In this document: one piece after another, positions 11,320 to 21,562 of the stretch
Layout of the letters: every line of letters begins with the position of its first letter
Position numbering within the stretch: position 1 is the stretch's first letter
From: Candidatus Poribacteria bacterium
Lineage (GTDB): Bacteria > Poribacteria > WGA-4E > WGA-3G
Reading direction: 5' to 3'
Assembly: GCA_965214095.1 (NCBI GenBank)
Contig: OZ243938.1
Span: forward strand, 1,696,001-1,760,000
Length of the DNA stretch: 64,000 bases
Made by a program: the position numbers and the translations under genes
Notes under the pieces: model-generated
Told to the model about the DNA's origin: nothing
Seen by the model: the letters and a program-made list of their open reading frames with translations, nothing else
The model's database searches: none

Positions 11320-12867
11320 TTAATCCAAAAAGAGTTCTTCACCGTTTGCGGCAAATATGCGATAGTCTTCAAGATGGAGGTCTGCGTCTGATTCAAGTGA
11401 CAAATCAAGTTTCAACGATTTTTTTAGATCACGATATTTTGCGGACATCTGCGTGTTGAGATGTGTGACAATGTGGTCATTCGCGATGATTCTCAGTTTA
11501 GATTGTCGTGTTTTGCGATGTGCTCTTTTTATTGTGCGGAATAGGCTTATAACAACAGTTTCTATTGAAAGTACTGTGCCATGTCCTTCACAATATGGAC
11601 ACTGTTCAGTTAACAGTGTTGAGAGGCTTGGCCGTGTGCGTTGTCGCGTCATCTCAACGAGCCCCAAATCAGAAAAGTGTAAGATATTGGTGCGTGCTCT
11701 ATCCTTTCTTAATGCCTCTTGCAGCATTTTGAAGACCTGTCTCCGGTGTGAAGGTTCGTCCATGTCAATGAAATCAACGACGATAATTCCCCCTAAATCT
11801 CGCAATTGGATTTGTCTTACGACTTCATCAACAGCTTCAAGGTTCGCGCTCAATATAGTATTATCAGGGTCAGACTTTCCGACGAATCGTCCTGTGTTGA
11901 CATCAATGGAAACCATTGCTTCAGTCTGTTGAATAATGATGTGCCCACCACACTGCAGCCATATTTTTTCGCTGAGAGCTTTTTGCAGTTCTTGGTCTAC
12001 GCTGTAAGCAGCAAAGAGTGTAGTGTCTTCATCATAAAGGGTAATCCGCTCTTTCATACTTGGCATTACAGAGGTAACATAATCAATCATTTCCTTATAG
12101 CCGGTTTTTGAATCAATGAGAAGATGTTTGACATCTTTGGTAAATTTATCACGTACAATTCGGTTTATAAAGCTGAGGTCTCTACCTACTAAACTTGGTG
12201 CGGTCTTATGTTTTGAACGTTGTAATGACTGTTTCCAGTGATTGATGAGGTATCGTATTTCAGCTTCATATTCCTCTTCGCTTAAGCCTTCTGATGCTGT
12301 TCGGATAATAAATCCGCCTTCAACATCTTCTTTAAAGGTTTGTGCTAAGTTCCGCAATCGTTCACGTTCACTTTCGGATTCGATTCTTCGTGAAACTCCG
12401 ATAGTAGAAGAGTTTGGTAGATAAACGACATACCTTCCGGGGAGTGTAATATTGGTTGTGACTCGTGCTCCTTTACTCCCGATAGGTTCTTTGCCGACTT
12501 GTACGAGAAGCTCTTGATTTTTCGAGATGAGATCAGTTATAAGATACGGAAATCCTCTTCCCCCGCGTGTTTTGTTTGCTGGCGTTGCCTGCAAATCAAT
12601 AGTAGGTAATCCATCATCAGCATTTCCATCTTCAGCGTTATTGTATTTCAGGTCTGAAATGTGTAGAAAAGCGTGGCGTTCTAATCCGATGTCAACAAAA
12701 GCGACTTGCATACCCGGTAAGACGTTTTCAACACGTCCTTTGTATAGGTTTCCTAAAACAGGTTTTACCGCTTTCCGTTCAATTTGAATTTCGTTTAGTA
12801 CTCCTTTTTCAAGAACAGCACACCGCGTTTCAAACTCATCGTCAGAAATAAGTATCTCCTTTTCCAT
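11320..12867 (-). CDS. rng: Ribonuclease G/E family
   Basis: GNLYKGRV, AFVDIG, IDVNTG, GGIIVVDFIDM and CPYC motifs. Confidence 0.9.
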   Translation of the reverse strand: MEKEILISDDEFETRCAVLEKGVLNEIQIERKAVKPVLGNLYKGRVENVLPGMQVAFVDIGLERHAFLHISDLKYNNAEDGNADDGLPTIDLQATPANKTRGGRGFPYLITDLISKNQELLVQVGKEPIGSKGARVTTNITLPGRYVVYLPNSSTIGVSRRIESESERERLRNLAQTFKEDVEGGFIIRTASEGLSEEEYEAEIRYLINHWKQSLQRSKHKTAPSLVGRDLSFINRIVRDKFTKDVKHLLIDSKTGYKEMIDYVTSVMPSMKERITLYDEDTTLFAAYSVDQELQKALSEKIWLQCGGHIIIQQTEAMVSIDVNTGRFVGKSDPDNTILSANLEAVDEVVRQIQLRDLGGIIVVDFIDMDEPSHRRQVFKMLQEALRKDRARTNILHFSDLGLVEMTRQRTRPSLSTLLTEQCPYCEGHGTVLSIETVVISLFRTIKRAHRKTRQSKLRIIANDHIVTHLNTQMSAKYRDLKKSLKLDLSLESDADLHLEDYRIFAANGEELFLD

Positions 12868-13253
12868 TATTAGTGTTTCCTCCTATCATGCCTTTCACCT
12901 GAAAGACATCTCGGTTAGTGAATTCTGTCATTTCAAAAAGCGGCAGCTTTATGTATGATAAATTCCGATGTTTCAATTTCTGTGGTATGATGGAAGGAGA
13001 ACGGACAGAACGTTGATGCTCGGATCGTTGCATATTGCAATGAAAAGGGTTAACATTGATTACCATAGTCATTATATTTCCTGATAGATTATAGTGGTTA
13101 ATACCACTAAAAATAGTCATTTTTTCAAGAGGCGTGTTCTCCGATGCCGATCAAGTGTGTTGATAATCGGGGTTCGGAGTTTCGTCCTATATGTCAATAA
13201 TGTCCAAATAAAGTCTATCATATTTCAGTTTGGAAACGGATAGATAATGTATC

Positions 13254-14828
13254 TCATCTGTTTCTGGGAGTTAGGGTTACCACAGGTGTGATCAGTTCTC
13301 CTAATGAAATACCACCATGTTGGAACCCACCCTGAAACTGCCGCTTGTATTTGTAAAAGTCGTTTGGATAGACGAAATAATAATCGTCTTTTGCGAGAAT
13401 ATAATCCTTGCTTGCGGTTTCAGCGGGTAGTTGATAATCCAGTGGATTCGGAATATATACCGCTTGGTTATCATCGCAAGCCAAGTTATTCCCAATTTTA
13501 AATCGGAGGCTTGTGCTTGTGTCTCGATTGCCGTAAGCCCGTGTTGCTCTGTTGCAGAACTCAGAACCGTGGTCGGTTGTGAGGACTACGTGTGCCCCTT
13601 GTTCAGCAATGAGTCGTAAAATATCAAAGAGTGAAGAATGTGCGAACCAAGAACGTGCTAAAGCTCGGAATGCGGGTTCATCTGGTGCAAGTTGTTGCAA
13701 TACTTCCGATTGTGAACGTTGGTGTGTTAGTATATCTATGAAGTTAACAACTAATGCTGATAAACCGACTCTTGTGGCAGCTGCGACACGTTTTTTATAT
13801 TCAGTTCCTCCGCGTAGGTCAAAAATTTTGAAATATTGGACTCCAGGTTTTATCCTGATTCCATTCCTTTTTAAGTATTCTTCCAGCATTTGTCGTTCAA
13901 ACTGGTTTGTGCTTGTACCTCCATCAGATTTCTCTTGCCAAAATTGCGGATAATTTTTCGCCAATTCTGCTGGAAACATTCCGCTAAATAAAGCGTTCCG
14001 TGAATACATTGTTGCACTCGGCAAAATTGAAAAACTATAGTTTAAATTGATAGAGAAATATGGATATAAGAGTGGTTCTATTGCCATCCAATGGTCAAGC
14101 CTGAAGCAGTCAACGACAATAAAATAGGTTGGGACTTTATCTTGTAGTAGTGGCATCACATGCCGGTCTAAAACATCAACAGACAATGGGGGTCTTTCTT
14201 GTCTACCATTTACCCAATCGGGATAATTTGCTTGAACATAATCAGAGAATTCAGCATTACACTCTTTTTTCTGTTCTATATGCGTTTCTTCTAAACCTTG
14301 TTGAGCCAATTGGTCCGATAGGAGATCCCATTCCAATAGTTTCACATAAATGTCAACCCAATCTTGCCAAGTTGGTTGAGATGCCTTCACCGTACTAATC
14401 TTGTTAAAGTCGTTAGTGTATCTTCCAGGTATTTGTGTTTCCACAATATGTTTTTGGTCAAGTACCCTTTTTAACGTAGAAGCTATCTGTGCAACTCCGA
14501 TAGGTTTAACTAAAAAATCCGTCACCTGTTTTCCAAGTGCGACATCAACAAATCTGTCGTCACTTGATTGTGTTACCAGAATGACAGGTACTTGTGTGTT
14601 AATAGTTCTAATAATATCTAATGTTTCCATGCCATCCTTACCGGGCATAACTTGGTCAAGTAGAATAGCATCGTATTGATTATCGGTCTGTTTTAGCAAT
14701 TCAATTCCGTCTTCACCGTTTGTAGCAGGGGTGACCTTGTATCCGCGTTTTTCAAGGGAATGTCTATGCGGCAGCAGTGCCTCTACTTCATCATCTATCC
14801 ATAGGATTTTATGAGTTTTTTGTTGCAT
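13254..14828 (-). CDS. PorX-like response regulator (receiver + PglZ/alkaline-phosphatase domain)
   Basis: ILWIDDE receiver; PglZ motifs SILPSAT.YSRNALFSG, TTDHG and FQHGGIS. Confidence 0.85.
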   Translation of the reverse strand: MQQKTHKILWIDDEVEALLPHRHSLEKRGYKVTPATNGEDGIELLKQTDNQYDAILLDQVMPGKDGMETLDIIRTINTQVPVILVTQSSDDRFVDVALGKQVTDFLVKPIGVAQIASTLKRVLDQKHIVETQIPGRYTNDFNKISTVKASQPTWQDWVDIYVKLLEWDLLSDQLAQQGLEETHIEQKKECNAEFSDYVQANYPDWVNGRQERPPLSVDVLDRHVMPLLQDKVPTYFIVVDCFRLDHWMAIEPLLYPYFSINLNYSFSILPSATMYSRNALFSGMFPAELAKNYPQFWQEKSDGGTSTNQFERQMLEEYLKRNGIRIKPGVQYFKIFDLRGGTEYKKRVAAATRVGLSALVVNFIDILTHQRSQSEVLQQLAPDEPAFRALARSWFAHSSLFDILRLIAEQGAHVVLTTDHGSEFCNRATRAYGNRDTSTSLRFKIGNNLACDDNQAVYIPNPLDYQLPAETASKDYILAKDDYYFVYPNDFYKYKRQFQGGFQHGGISLGELITPVVTLTPRNR

Positions 14829-14847
14829 CTAATTTCCTCTGCAGTCG

Positions 14848-16332
14848 CTATGAAACGCTTGTTGGCAACCGTATTTCAAAAGTTGTCTTACCTGGTCTAC
14901 TTTCGATTAATCGTATGCTACCGTGATGATATTCCCTAATAATTCTTTGTACAATTGTCAACCCAAGTCCCCATCCGTGCGTTTTTGTCGTCATTCCTGG
15001 TTCAAAAATGGACCTTTGATTTTCGCTTGGGATTCCGCTACCGTTGTCGGAATATCGTATGATAACTTGTTTCTGCCGTTCATCATAGGTCGGCTCAATT
15101 TCAATGTGTCCTGCTTTTTTTTGTATTGCATCAAGTGAGTTACGAATTAAGTTCTCAAAAACCCACTGTAGCAAAAGTGCATTTGCCGAAATTGAAGGTA
15201 CATCATGTAGTTTAATATTTATATCTATATTGCGACTGATCTGTGGTAGTCGTTTCTCAAAATATGCAAGAACATCGGCAAGAACTTCCTGAATGTTTAC
15301 CGTAGTTTTTGTTGGTTCTGTGCCGATCATTCCAAATCGTGTCGTTGTTTTTTGCAGGCGTTCAAGGTCGCTCTGCATGTTTGTAGAAAGTTCAGCAAGA
15401 ACATGATCTCCGGTCTCTTGGCTTCGCTCATCTAACAGTTCTGACCATGCGAGTAATGCAGAGATAGGCGTTCCGAGTTGATGTGCGGTTTCTTTTGCTA
15501 ACCCACCCCATATTGCTGCATGTTCATAAGATTTTATCCGTCGATAGACAAGAATAGAACCAAATGCGAAGAGTGGCAAGACAATAGAGAGTACAATTGG
15601 TGTAATCAATAAACCGTAGAACGATTTAATTTCGTAATAGAAATACCCCTCTTGCCAATCAGGTGTTGTTTGAAGTGCAGCGAATGCGGGTGTATTTTGA
15701 ATAAAGATTTGGGCACGTTCTTTTTCCTCTGGTGTTGCATTCTCTGCAGTGATGACATCTTTCCACATCTGCCATTTTTGAGGTATTTTTTCAGTGTCAG
15801 TTATAGCAAAAGGGAGTTGTGCCATTTCACTTGGTGATGCATCTCCATAGTAGAAATACCCGGTTATCTCTCTATCTTCTTTTAGGAACGGTATCTTTCG
15901 TCGCTGATTCTTGTTTTTCATCCGTTCCAATGTTGTTGTTAGTAATTCCTCCTCATCATGTGTTAACGTAACGATGTCACTTTCGTTGACCTTCTCATCC
16001 AATTGCGTCTCAATACCTTGTACAATTTCCCATTTTCCATCTGCATCAGTGATAATAAATGAAAACCTTCTTGATCTATTTTCGGCGTATAATTCCTGTC
16101 TCACGACAGTGAGAAGTCTTTGTTGTAGGTCTCTGTTTTCAATACTTGGCAATTCAACTACGAGACTAACGAAAATTTCAATTTGTGCTTCAATATCAGC
16201 GTTTAATTGAGAAATTTGACGCGAATAATACGTAAAAACGAGGACCAATATACATACTCCGACACCGAAATATATGATCATTAGTCGTCCAGTTGAATAA
16301 GTAGAAGTAATACTACGTTTCCACCTCGACAT
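14848..16332 (-). CDS. Membrane sensor histidine kinase
   Basis: Two TM segments, ETAHQLGTPIS H-box, ENLIRNS, DNGSG and GWGLGL. Confidence 0.92.
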   Translation of the reverse strand: MSRWKRSITSTYSTGRLMIIYFGVGVCILVLVFTYYSRQISQLNADIEAQIEIFVSLVVELPSIENRDLQQRLLTVVRQELYAENRSRRFSFIITDADGKWEIVQGIETQLDEKVNESDIVTLTHDEEELLTTTLERMKNKNQRRKIPFLKEDREITGYFYYGDASPSEMAQLPFAITDTEKIPQKWQMWKDVITAENATPEEKERAQIFIQNTPAFAALQTTPDWQEGYFYYEIKSFYGLLITPIVLSIVLPLFAFGSILVYRRIKSYEHAAIWGGLAKETAHQLGTPISALLAWSELLDERSQETGDHVLAELSTNMQSDLERLQKTTTRFGMIGTEPTKTTVNIQEVLADVLAYFEKRLPQISRNIDINIKLHDVPSISANALLLQWVFENLIRNSLDAIQKKAGHIEIEPTYDERQKQVIIRYSDNGSGIPSENQRSIFEPGMTTKTHGWGLGLTIVQRIIREYHHGSIRLIESRPGKTTFEIRLPTSVS

Positions 16333-16615
16333 AACGTCACCAAGTAAATTTATTACACTTCATACACAACGGCATATTAATATTATATCCTAAATAGAAT
16401 GATATTTCAAGGAAGTTCTGCATTGAGGGTGTGTTGTAGTAATGCATAGAATGTGCTGAAGTCAAGCGGGACAAGGAAGAAGATGTGTTTCTGCATTTCT
16501 TCTTATGTTCTTAGTTTACTATGGACATTCTGTACGCTATTTTGCGTATATTCATTATGTAATAATACTTATAACACAAATAAATGTGTTTGTCAAGTTA
16601 GATTAATATGTGTAT

Positions 16616-16661
16616 AAAAAAGGCGATTATTTGTCCGATTGTTTTGGACAAGCAATCGCCT
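16616..16661 (-). terminator. Intrinsic terminator after the sulfite reductase gene
   Basis: AGGCGATT...AATCGCCT stem followed by a U-tract on the minus strand. Confidence 0.7.
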
Positions 16662-16709
16662 AATCTTCAATTTGCAATACTAAGAAATCTGTAGGTGTTA
16701 TTCCAAAAC

Positions 16710-19154
16710 TTACTCACCTTTCTTAATGGTAAGTCGGTAGTGTTTTCCGATCTTCTTAGTGTCAAGAATGTCATGCCCATCGTTTGTAAGACTCTTTGGG
16801 ACGTTCTCAAACGGTTCGCCGTCGTCAATTGTGATCTCTAAGAGTTGACCAACATCCATTGTTTCCAGCCGAACTTTCGCTTGGACATAGTTGAATGGAC
16901 ATGCGACACCTTTTAGATCAAGACTATCAGCGATTTCCTGAACAGGTTTTTCTTTTTTGATGACTTTCGGTTTGGCTGCAGGACGAGATTTGCGAGTTTT
17001 GCGTTTACTGGCTTCCTCTTCCTCTTGTTTGATACGCATACGATTATAAACATTATGCGATTCTTCTACGAAGAGGGTAGCTTCTTCCACGCGGCGGTGC
17101 GCCAATTCTTGGTCAAACGTTGAGGCATCTTCTTCTGTTGCCTTGAACAGATGTGCGCCGTATCCTACAAAGAAGTTGCCCGGGTCAAAGAAATGTTTTC
17201 GGAATTCTTCAACCGTTGTTGCATCGTCAATGTATTGCATGCCGACTGTCGTTAGGAGTCCATCAGCAGCTCGTATCATAGCATTAAATGCTGTATTTGC
17301 ACATTCTTGATAAATGCCTTTTTCCAAACTTAGACCAGATTCATAAATAAGTCTATCGGCTTCTTCCAACTTCATAGAAACAAGCGCGACCACCTTTCCA
17401 GCACATTCGCCGACACCTGTTTTGAGTTGGAAATCTTTCGTATCACCAGTGTCTACATAGAATTCAGGTGCTTCTTCGTAACTTGGTATGGTATCGTACT
17501 TAGATAGTATTGTCTTAATTTCCGCTTTACCAAGCCGCGCCACATAATCTGTGAAGGTTTCCGCATCTTGCTTTTCATCGCTATATTTGCCAGTTAATTC
17601 CTCAATGAATTGGGGAATAAATTTGCCGTGGATTTTTCCTGTAGCGAGTCCATAAGAACTTGCGTTTTCCACCATATGTCCACCAAGTAGCACTTGGTAA
17701 TAGGGTGCGGTACGTCCATCTATACGACGAGTAGAACCGAAGAATCCTATATTTGCTATGTGGTGCTGTCCGCATGAATTGGGACATCCACTAATCTTAA
17801 TTCGGAAGTCCTCAATCTCATGCTCCAAACCGTTTTCAATGAAATGGTTTCGTAGATGTGCTGCCAAACCGCGTGAAGAAGAAACACCGAGTTTGCAAGA
17901 GTCAGTACCGGGGCAAGCGACAATATCTACTAATGATTCAGCACCTGGTTCTCCCAGACCGATTTCCTTTAACTCCTTATAAAGAGCAGGCAAGTCTGTC
18001 ATTGTCACCCAACGAAGTACAATGTTCTGTTCCACGGTTGCCCGTATTGTGTCTTTCACATATTTTCGTGAAATGTCTGCCAAAGCCCGTGTTTGGTCAG
18101 CAGTAATATCTCCCAGCGGAAGTGTTATTGTCACAAATGCGTATCCAGGCTGTTTCTGTAAGCGGATATTGGAATCATACCACTCATCAAACCCTTCAGG
18201 TTTTGAAGCACCGTTTAGTTGTGTCGGAGGTTTTAGTGGACTTTCATCGTAAGCATCTAAATTGTCAAGATATGCTGTCCATTCAGGATCGTGTCTGAGT
18301 GTTTCACGGTCTTCATAGACAAGTCTACGGAATTCTTCAATACCGTATTTGGCAATTACAAACTTCAGACGTGCTTTATTCCTATTTCTCCGTTCCCCTA
18401 ACCGTGTGAAAACTCTGCAGATTGACTGTGAAATTGGTAGGAGTTCTTCAGCAGGGAGGAATTCATCAAGAATCTTCGCTTGATGTGGCACCGCTCCGAG
18501 TCCACCACCGACATAAAATTTAAATCCTTTTTTGACTTCACCGTCAACTTCTTTGACAGCAGCCACTGCCCCGATGTCATGCATATTCGCTAAACCACAT
18601 GCGTGTTCTTCGCATCCAGAAAATGCGATTTTGAACTTACGTCCGAAATCTTTTGCATCTTCATGTCCTAATAGGAACGCGGACAACGCTTTGGAATAGG
18701 GTGTTACATCAAATGTTTCATCATGACAAACACCGCTGATGGGGCATGCTGTGACGTTCCTCACGACATTGCCACAAGCTTCTTTCGTAGTAATATCAAC
18801 GCTTGCAAGGCGGCGCATCAACTCTGGTGTGTTTTCAATATCTACATAATGGTATTGCACATCTTGTCGTGTTGTTATGTGGATGATATTGTCCGAAAAT
18901 TCTTCAGCAACATCCGCTAACATTTCAAGCTGCACTGCGGTGAGTCCGCCAAATGGGATTTTGACACGGATCATCTGCGACCTATCATCACGTTGTCCAT
19001 AAACCCCGTGCCGAAGTCTAAATTCTGTCCAAGTAGCCTCTTCAACTTGACCCGCTTTAGACCGATCAAATTGTATTTCATAAATCTCAATTTCGCGGGC
19101 AATATGAGCGGGAATAGCCGATGCATCGTAAGCTCCCGCATATTCAATAGCCAT
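16710..19154 (-). CDS. Siroheme nitrite/sulfite reductase fused to a HEPN-like helical domain and a C-terminal TusA/SirA domain
   Basis: HITTRQ, CPGTDSC...SGCPNSCG siroheme/4Fe-4S ligands; LDLKGVACPFN TusA motif. Confidence 0.88.
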   Translation of the reverse strand: MAIEYAGAYDASAIPAHIAREIEIYEIQFDRSKAGQVEEATWTEFRLRHGVYGQRDDRSQMIRVKIPFGGLTAVQLEMLADVAEEFSDNIIHITTRQDVQYHYVDIENTPELMRRLASVDITTKEACGNVVRNVTACPISGVCHDETFDVTPYSKALSAFLLGHEDAKDFGRKFKIAFSGCEEHACGLANMHDIGAVAAVKEVDGEVKKGFKFYVGGGLGAVPHQAKILDEFLPAEELLPISQSICRVFTRLGERRNRNKARLKFVIAKYGIEEFRRLVYEDRETLRHDPEWTAYLDNLDAYDESPLKPPTQLNGASKPEGFDEWYDSNIRLQKQPGYAFVTITLPLGDITADQTRALADISRKYVKDTIRATVEQNIVLRWVTMTDLPALYKELKEIGLGEPGAESLVDIVACPGTDSCKLGVSSSRGLAAHLRNHFIENGLEHEIEDFRIKISGCPNSCGQHHIANIGFFGSTRRIDGRTAPYYQVLLGGHMVENASSYGLATGKIHGKFIPQFIEELTGKYSDEKQDAETFTDYVARLGKAEIKTILSKYDTIPSYEEAPEFYVDTGDTKDFQLKTGVGECAGKVVALVSMKLEEADRLIYESGLSLEKGIYQECANTAFNAMIRAADGLLTTVGMQYIDDATTVEEFRKHFFDPGNFFVGYGAHLFKATEEDASTFDQELAHRRVEEATLFVEESHNVYNRMRIKQEEEEASKRKTRKSRPAAKPKVIKKEKPVQEIADSLDLKGVACPFNYVQAKVRLETMDVGQLLEITIDDGEPFENVPKSLTNDGHDILDTKKIGKHYRLTIKKGE

Positions 19155-19335
19155 TCTATTCTCCTTATAACCTCATAATTGTAGCGTACATAAATTAACG
19201 TCCAGTAAACATTGATTTTGGTTAAACTTGCAAGCCGATATAACTCCTGATTTCCATGCCGTAAATAAAGGAAACATCGTATTAAGTAGTATAGTTTACA
19301 TTAAAAAGCAACCATAGTCAAGTGTAATTAACCTC

Positions 19336-20430
19336 TTAATCTTTCGGGGCATCCCCCCAATCTGGAATTGGTAGTAATTCGCCGTCTCTTAGTGCAGATT
19401 CATGTGCGACAATTCCAGGGGCACAATAACGTACTGCCTCCCATACGTTGATACGCGGCAAACGTTGACGATTGACTGAATCCACGAATTCATGGACCAG
19501 ATATGCGTGGGAACCGCCATGTCCACCTAAATTATCCTTAAGCTCCTCTGGCAGGAATTCGTGCATTTGTTCAGCTTGGACAGGCTGTGAACCTTGCTTA
19601 TCTGCCCACACCTTTCCTGCAAGACTCTGTTCATAACTTCCTTCCGTACCATAGATTCCGCTTACGCGTTCACTTCCGGGGTGACCAATTCGTCTGAACT
19701 CACAGATCTGCATTGTGGCACCGTTGCTCATCTTGAATAGACCGACCTCATTGGAAAACGGGTTTTTGTAAATAGTGTCTAACCGAAACCAATCATCGTT
19801 GGGATAGATATATCCTTGTGCGGAAACCGATGTGGCGTGTGCATTCATTACAGAGATTGGGAAACAAGTTGAGTGTGTTGGATAATACATTGGTATGAAA
19901 CCAGTTTTATCCCGACCAAACTGATCACCCCAACGGTTTTTTAGCACGTTATATAGTCCATGATCCATGTCATGGAAGTATTCGGCGCGACAGTGCACGA
20001 ATTCACCAAATGCGCCTTCCGCGGCTTTTTGTCGGCAAAATGCGGTTTCTGGACGAAAATAACTTGTCTCACCGTTCATGTATATCATGCCGGTCTTTTC
20101 TACTGTTCTAATCAACTGTTCACATTCGTCCAATGATACCGCAGCGGGAACAGCAGTGTAGACATGCTTTCCGGCTTCCATTGCCTGGATAGCTTGCAGT
20201 GCGTGCATCCAATGCTGTGTTATGATAACAAGTGCATCCAGATCCGATTTGCATATTTCGTCAAGACTTGTATAGGTTTCAGAGATCTCAAACTGTTGTG
20301 CCCATTTTGACAATCTGTCAGGTTGTAAATCGCATAATGCAAGACGATGTACATCTGGATGTGCTTTGTAGGACTGGATAAATGAGGGACCGAACATCCC
20401 TAAACCTACCATTCCGATGCTAATACTCAT
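19336..20430 (-). CDS. Gfo/Idh/MocA family oxidoreductase
   Basis: IGMVGLGMFG Rossmann motif, AGKHV and GGHGGSH; start at 20430 with GAGGAG RBS. Confidence 0.88.
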   Translation of the reverse strand: MSISIGMVGLGMFGPSFIQSYKAHPDVHRLALCDLQPDRLSKWAQQFEISETYTSLDEICKSDLDALVIITQHWMHALQAIQAMEAGKHVYTAVPAAVSLDECEQLIRTVEKTGMIYMNGETSYFRPETAFCRQKAAEGAFGEFVHCRAEYFHDMDHGLYNVLKNRWGDQFGRDKTGFIPMYYPTHSTCFPISVMNAHATSVSAQGYIYPNDDWFRLDTIYKNPFSNEVGLFKMSNGATMQICEFRRIGHPGSERVSGIYGTEGSYEQSLAGKVWADKQGSQPVQAEQMHEFLPEELKDNLGGHGGSHAYLVHEFVDSVNRQRLPRINVWEAVRYCAPGIVAHESALRDGELLPIPDWGDAPKD

Positions 20431-20519
20431 CCGGTTGCTCCTCAAGATAAAATATGTGAGTGATAATTGATGCAAGATAGCATGTATACGAATTGGTGTC
20501 AAGGGAATACTTTGTAAAT

Positions 20520-20548
20520 TTGACATTTCTTTGAAACCCGTGTATACT
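20520..20548 (+). promoter_or_regulatory. Sigma70 promoter of tRNA-Leu
   Basis: TTGACA-17 nt-TATACT, 13 nt upstream of the tRNA. Confidence 0.8.
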
Positions 20549-20561
20549 AATTCATTGTGAT

Positions 20562-20647
20562 GCCGGGATGCTGGAATTTGGTAGACAGGCTAGATTCAGG
20601 TTCTAGTGTGCAATTTGCGCGTGAGGGTTCGAGTCCCTTTCCCGGCA
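20562..20647 (+). tRNA. tRNA-Leu(CAG), CCA not encoded
   Basis: GCCGGGA/TCCCGGC acceptor stem, CTAGA-TTCAGGT-TCTAG anticodon arm, long variable arm, GGTTCGAGTCC T-arm. Confidence 0.95.
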
Positions 20648-20675
20648 TATCATTTTTGAGGGTATTGGTTAAGTT

Positions 20676-21518
20676 ATGAAGCAATTTTACTCACTAAAAC
20701 TTTTTACCTTCTTCCTACTTATGTGTATGTTGATATTTTTGAGTTGTTCAGAAAAACAGACAGATCGATTGATAATTCGCGAGGAATCTGATGATCAGAA
20801 ACGTTGGAATTACATTTATGATGAAGAGAATGTCATCATACCGCCACTCCCTGAAGTGACACATACGAAATTATTTGCTGAACTTTCTCAACTCAGACAA
20901 CAATTCCCCGGCAATCTTTCAGAGGATAACTTTCATATCCTCCGAAATCTCACTTCCTCACAAAACTATATTTCGTATTTAACAAAGACAATCACCAGAG
21001 ACAAACATTTTGAGACGCTTGAAGAGTTTTGGAAATTACAACCACCCGATACCAATCAAATCCGCTTATTGTTTGATAGTCTCCTTGAAAACCCAGACGC
21101 TAAACAGATTACTTACGTACATTTTGGGATTCTATCTTGGCAATGCAGCATATTGGACACTCTCATAAACCAAAGTTTGCAGAGCAAATGTGGGGTAAAT
21201 CCTTTTTCTACCAATATTAAGTTCAAACTATCTCCCGCCCTTCAAAACGCAATTTATTTTGGATCTCATCAAAATCTTTGGGATTTGGCACCAGGTGAAG
21301 AATGGGGAGAACCTTGGATTGAAGATCTTCAGGGTCGATATCAAAGATATGCAGAAAAAACCGTTCACATTAATAGCAAAAAAATACGCGGTTTTTTCAG
21401 TATATATGGTGTTAACAACGGTCTCTTATGGTTAGCAATACAGGATCCAGATCTTGTAGGTTTCGTCCTCAGCAACTTTACAAATGAAGACCTATTTCAG
21501 TGTTGGATTAATCATTAA
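20676..21518 (+). CDS. Hypothetical lipoprotein
   Basis: 280-aa ORF with signal peptide and FLSC lipobox directly downstream of the tRNA. Confidence 0.7.
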   Translation: MKQFYSLKLFTFFLLMCMLIFLSCSEKQTDRLIIREESDDQKRWNYIYDEENVIIPPLPEVTHTKLFAELSQLRQQFPGNLSEDNFHILRNLTSSQNYISYLTKTITRDKHFETLEEFWKLQPPDTNQIRLLFDSLLENPDAKQITYVHFGILSWQCSILDTLINQSLQSKCGVNPFSTNIKFKLSPALQNAIYFGSHQNLWDLAPGEEWGEPWIEDLQGRYQRYAEKTVHINSKKIRGFFSIYGVNNGLLWLAIQDPDLVGFVLSNFTNEDLFQCWINH

Positions 21519-21562
21519 TCTTCGGGCATTCCTCCCAATCTTTTAGGTTTGGGTGCTATGAC

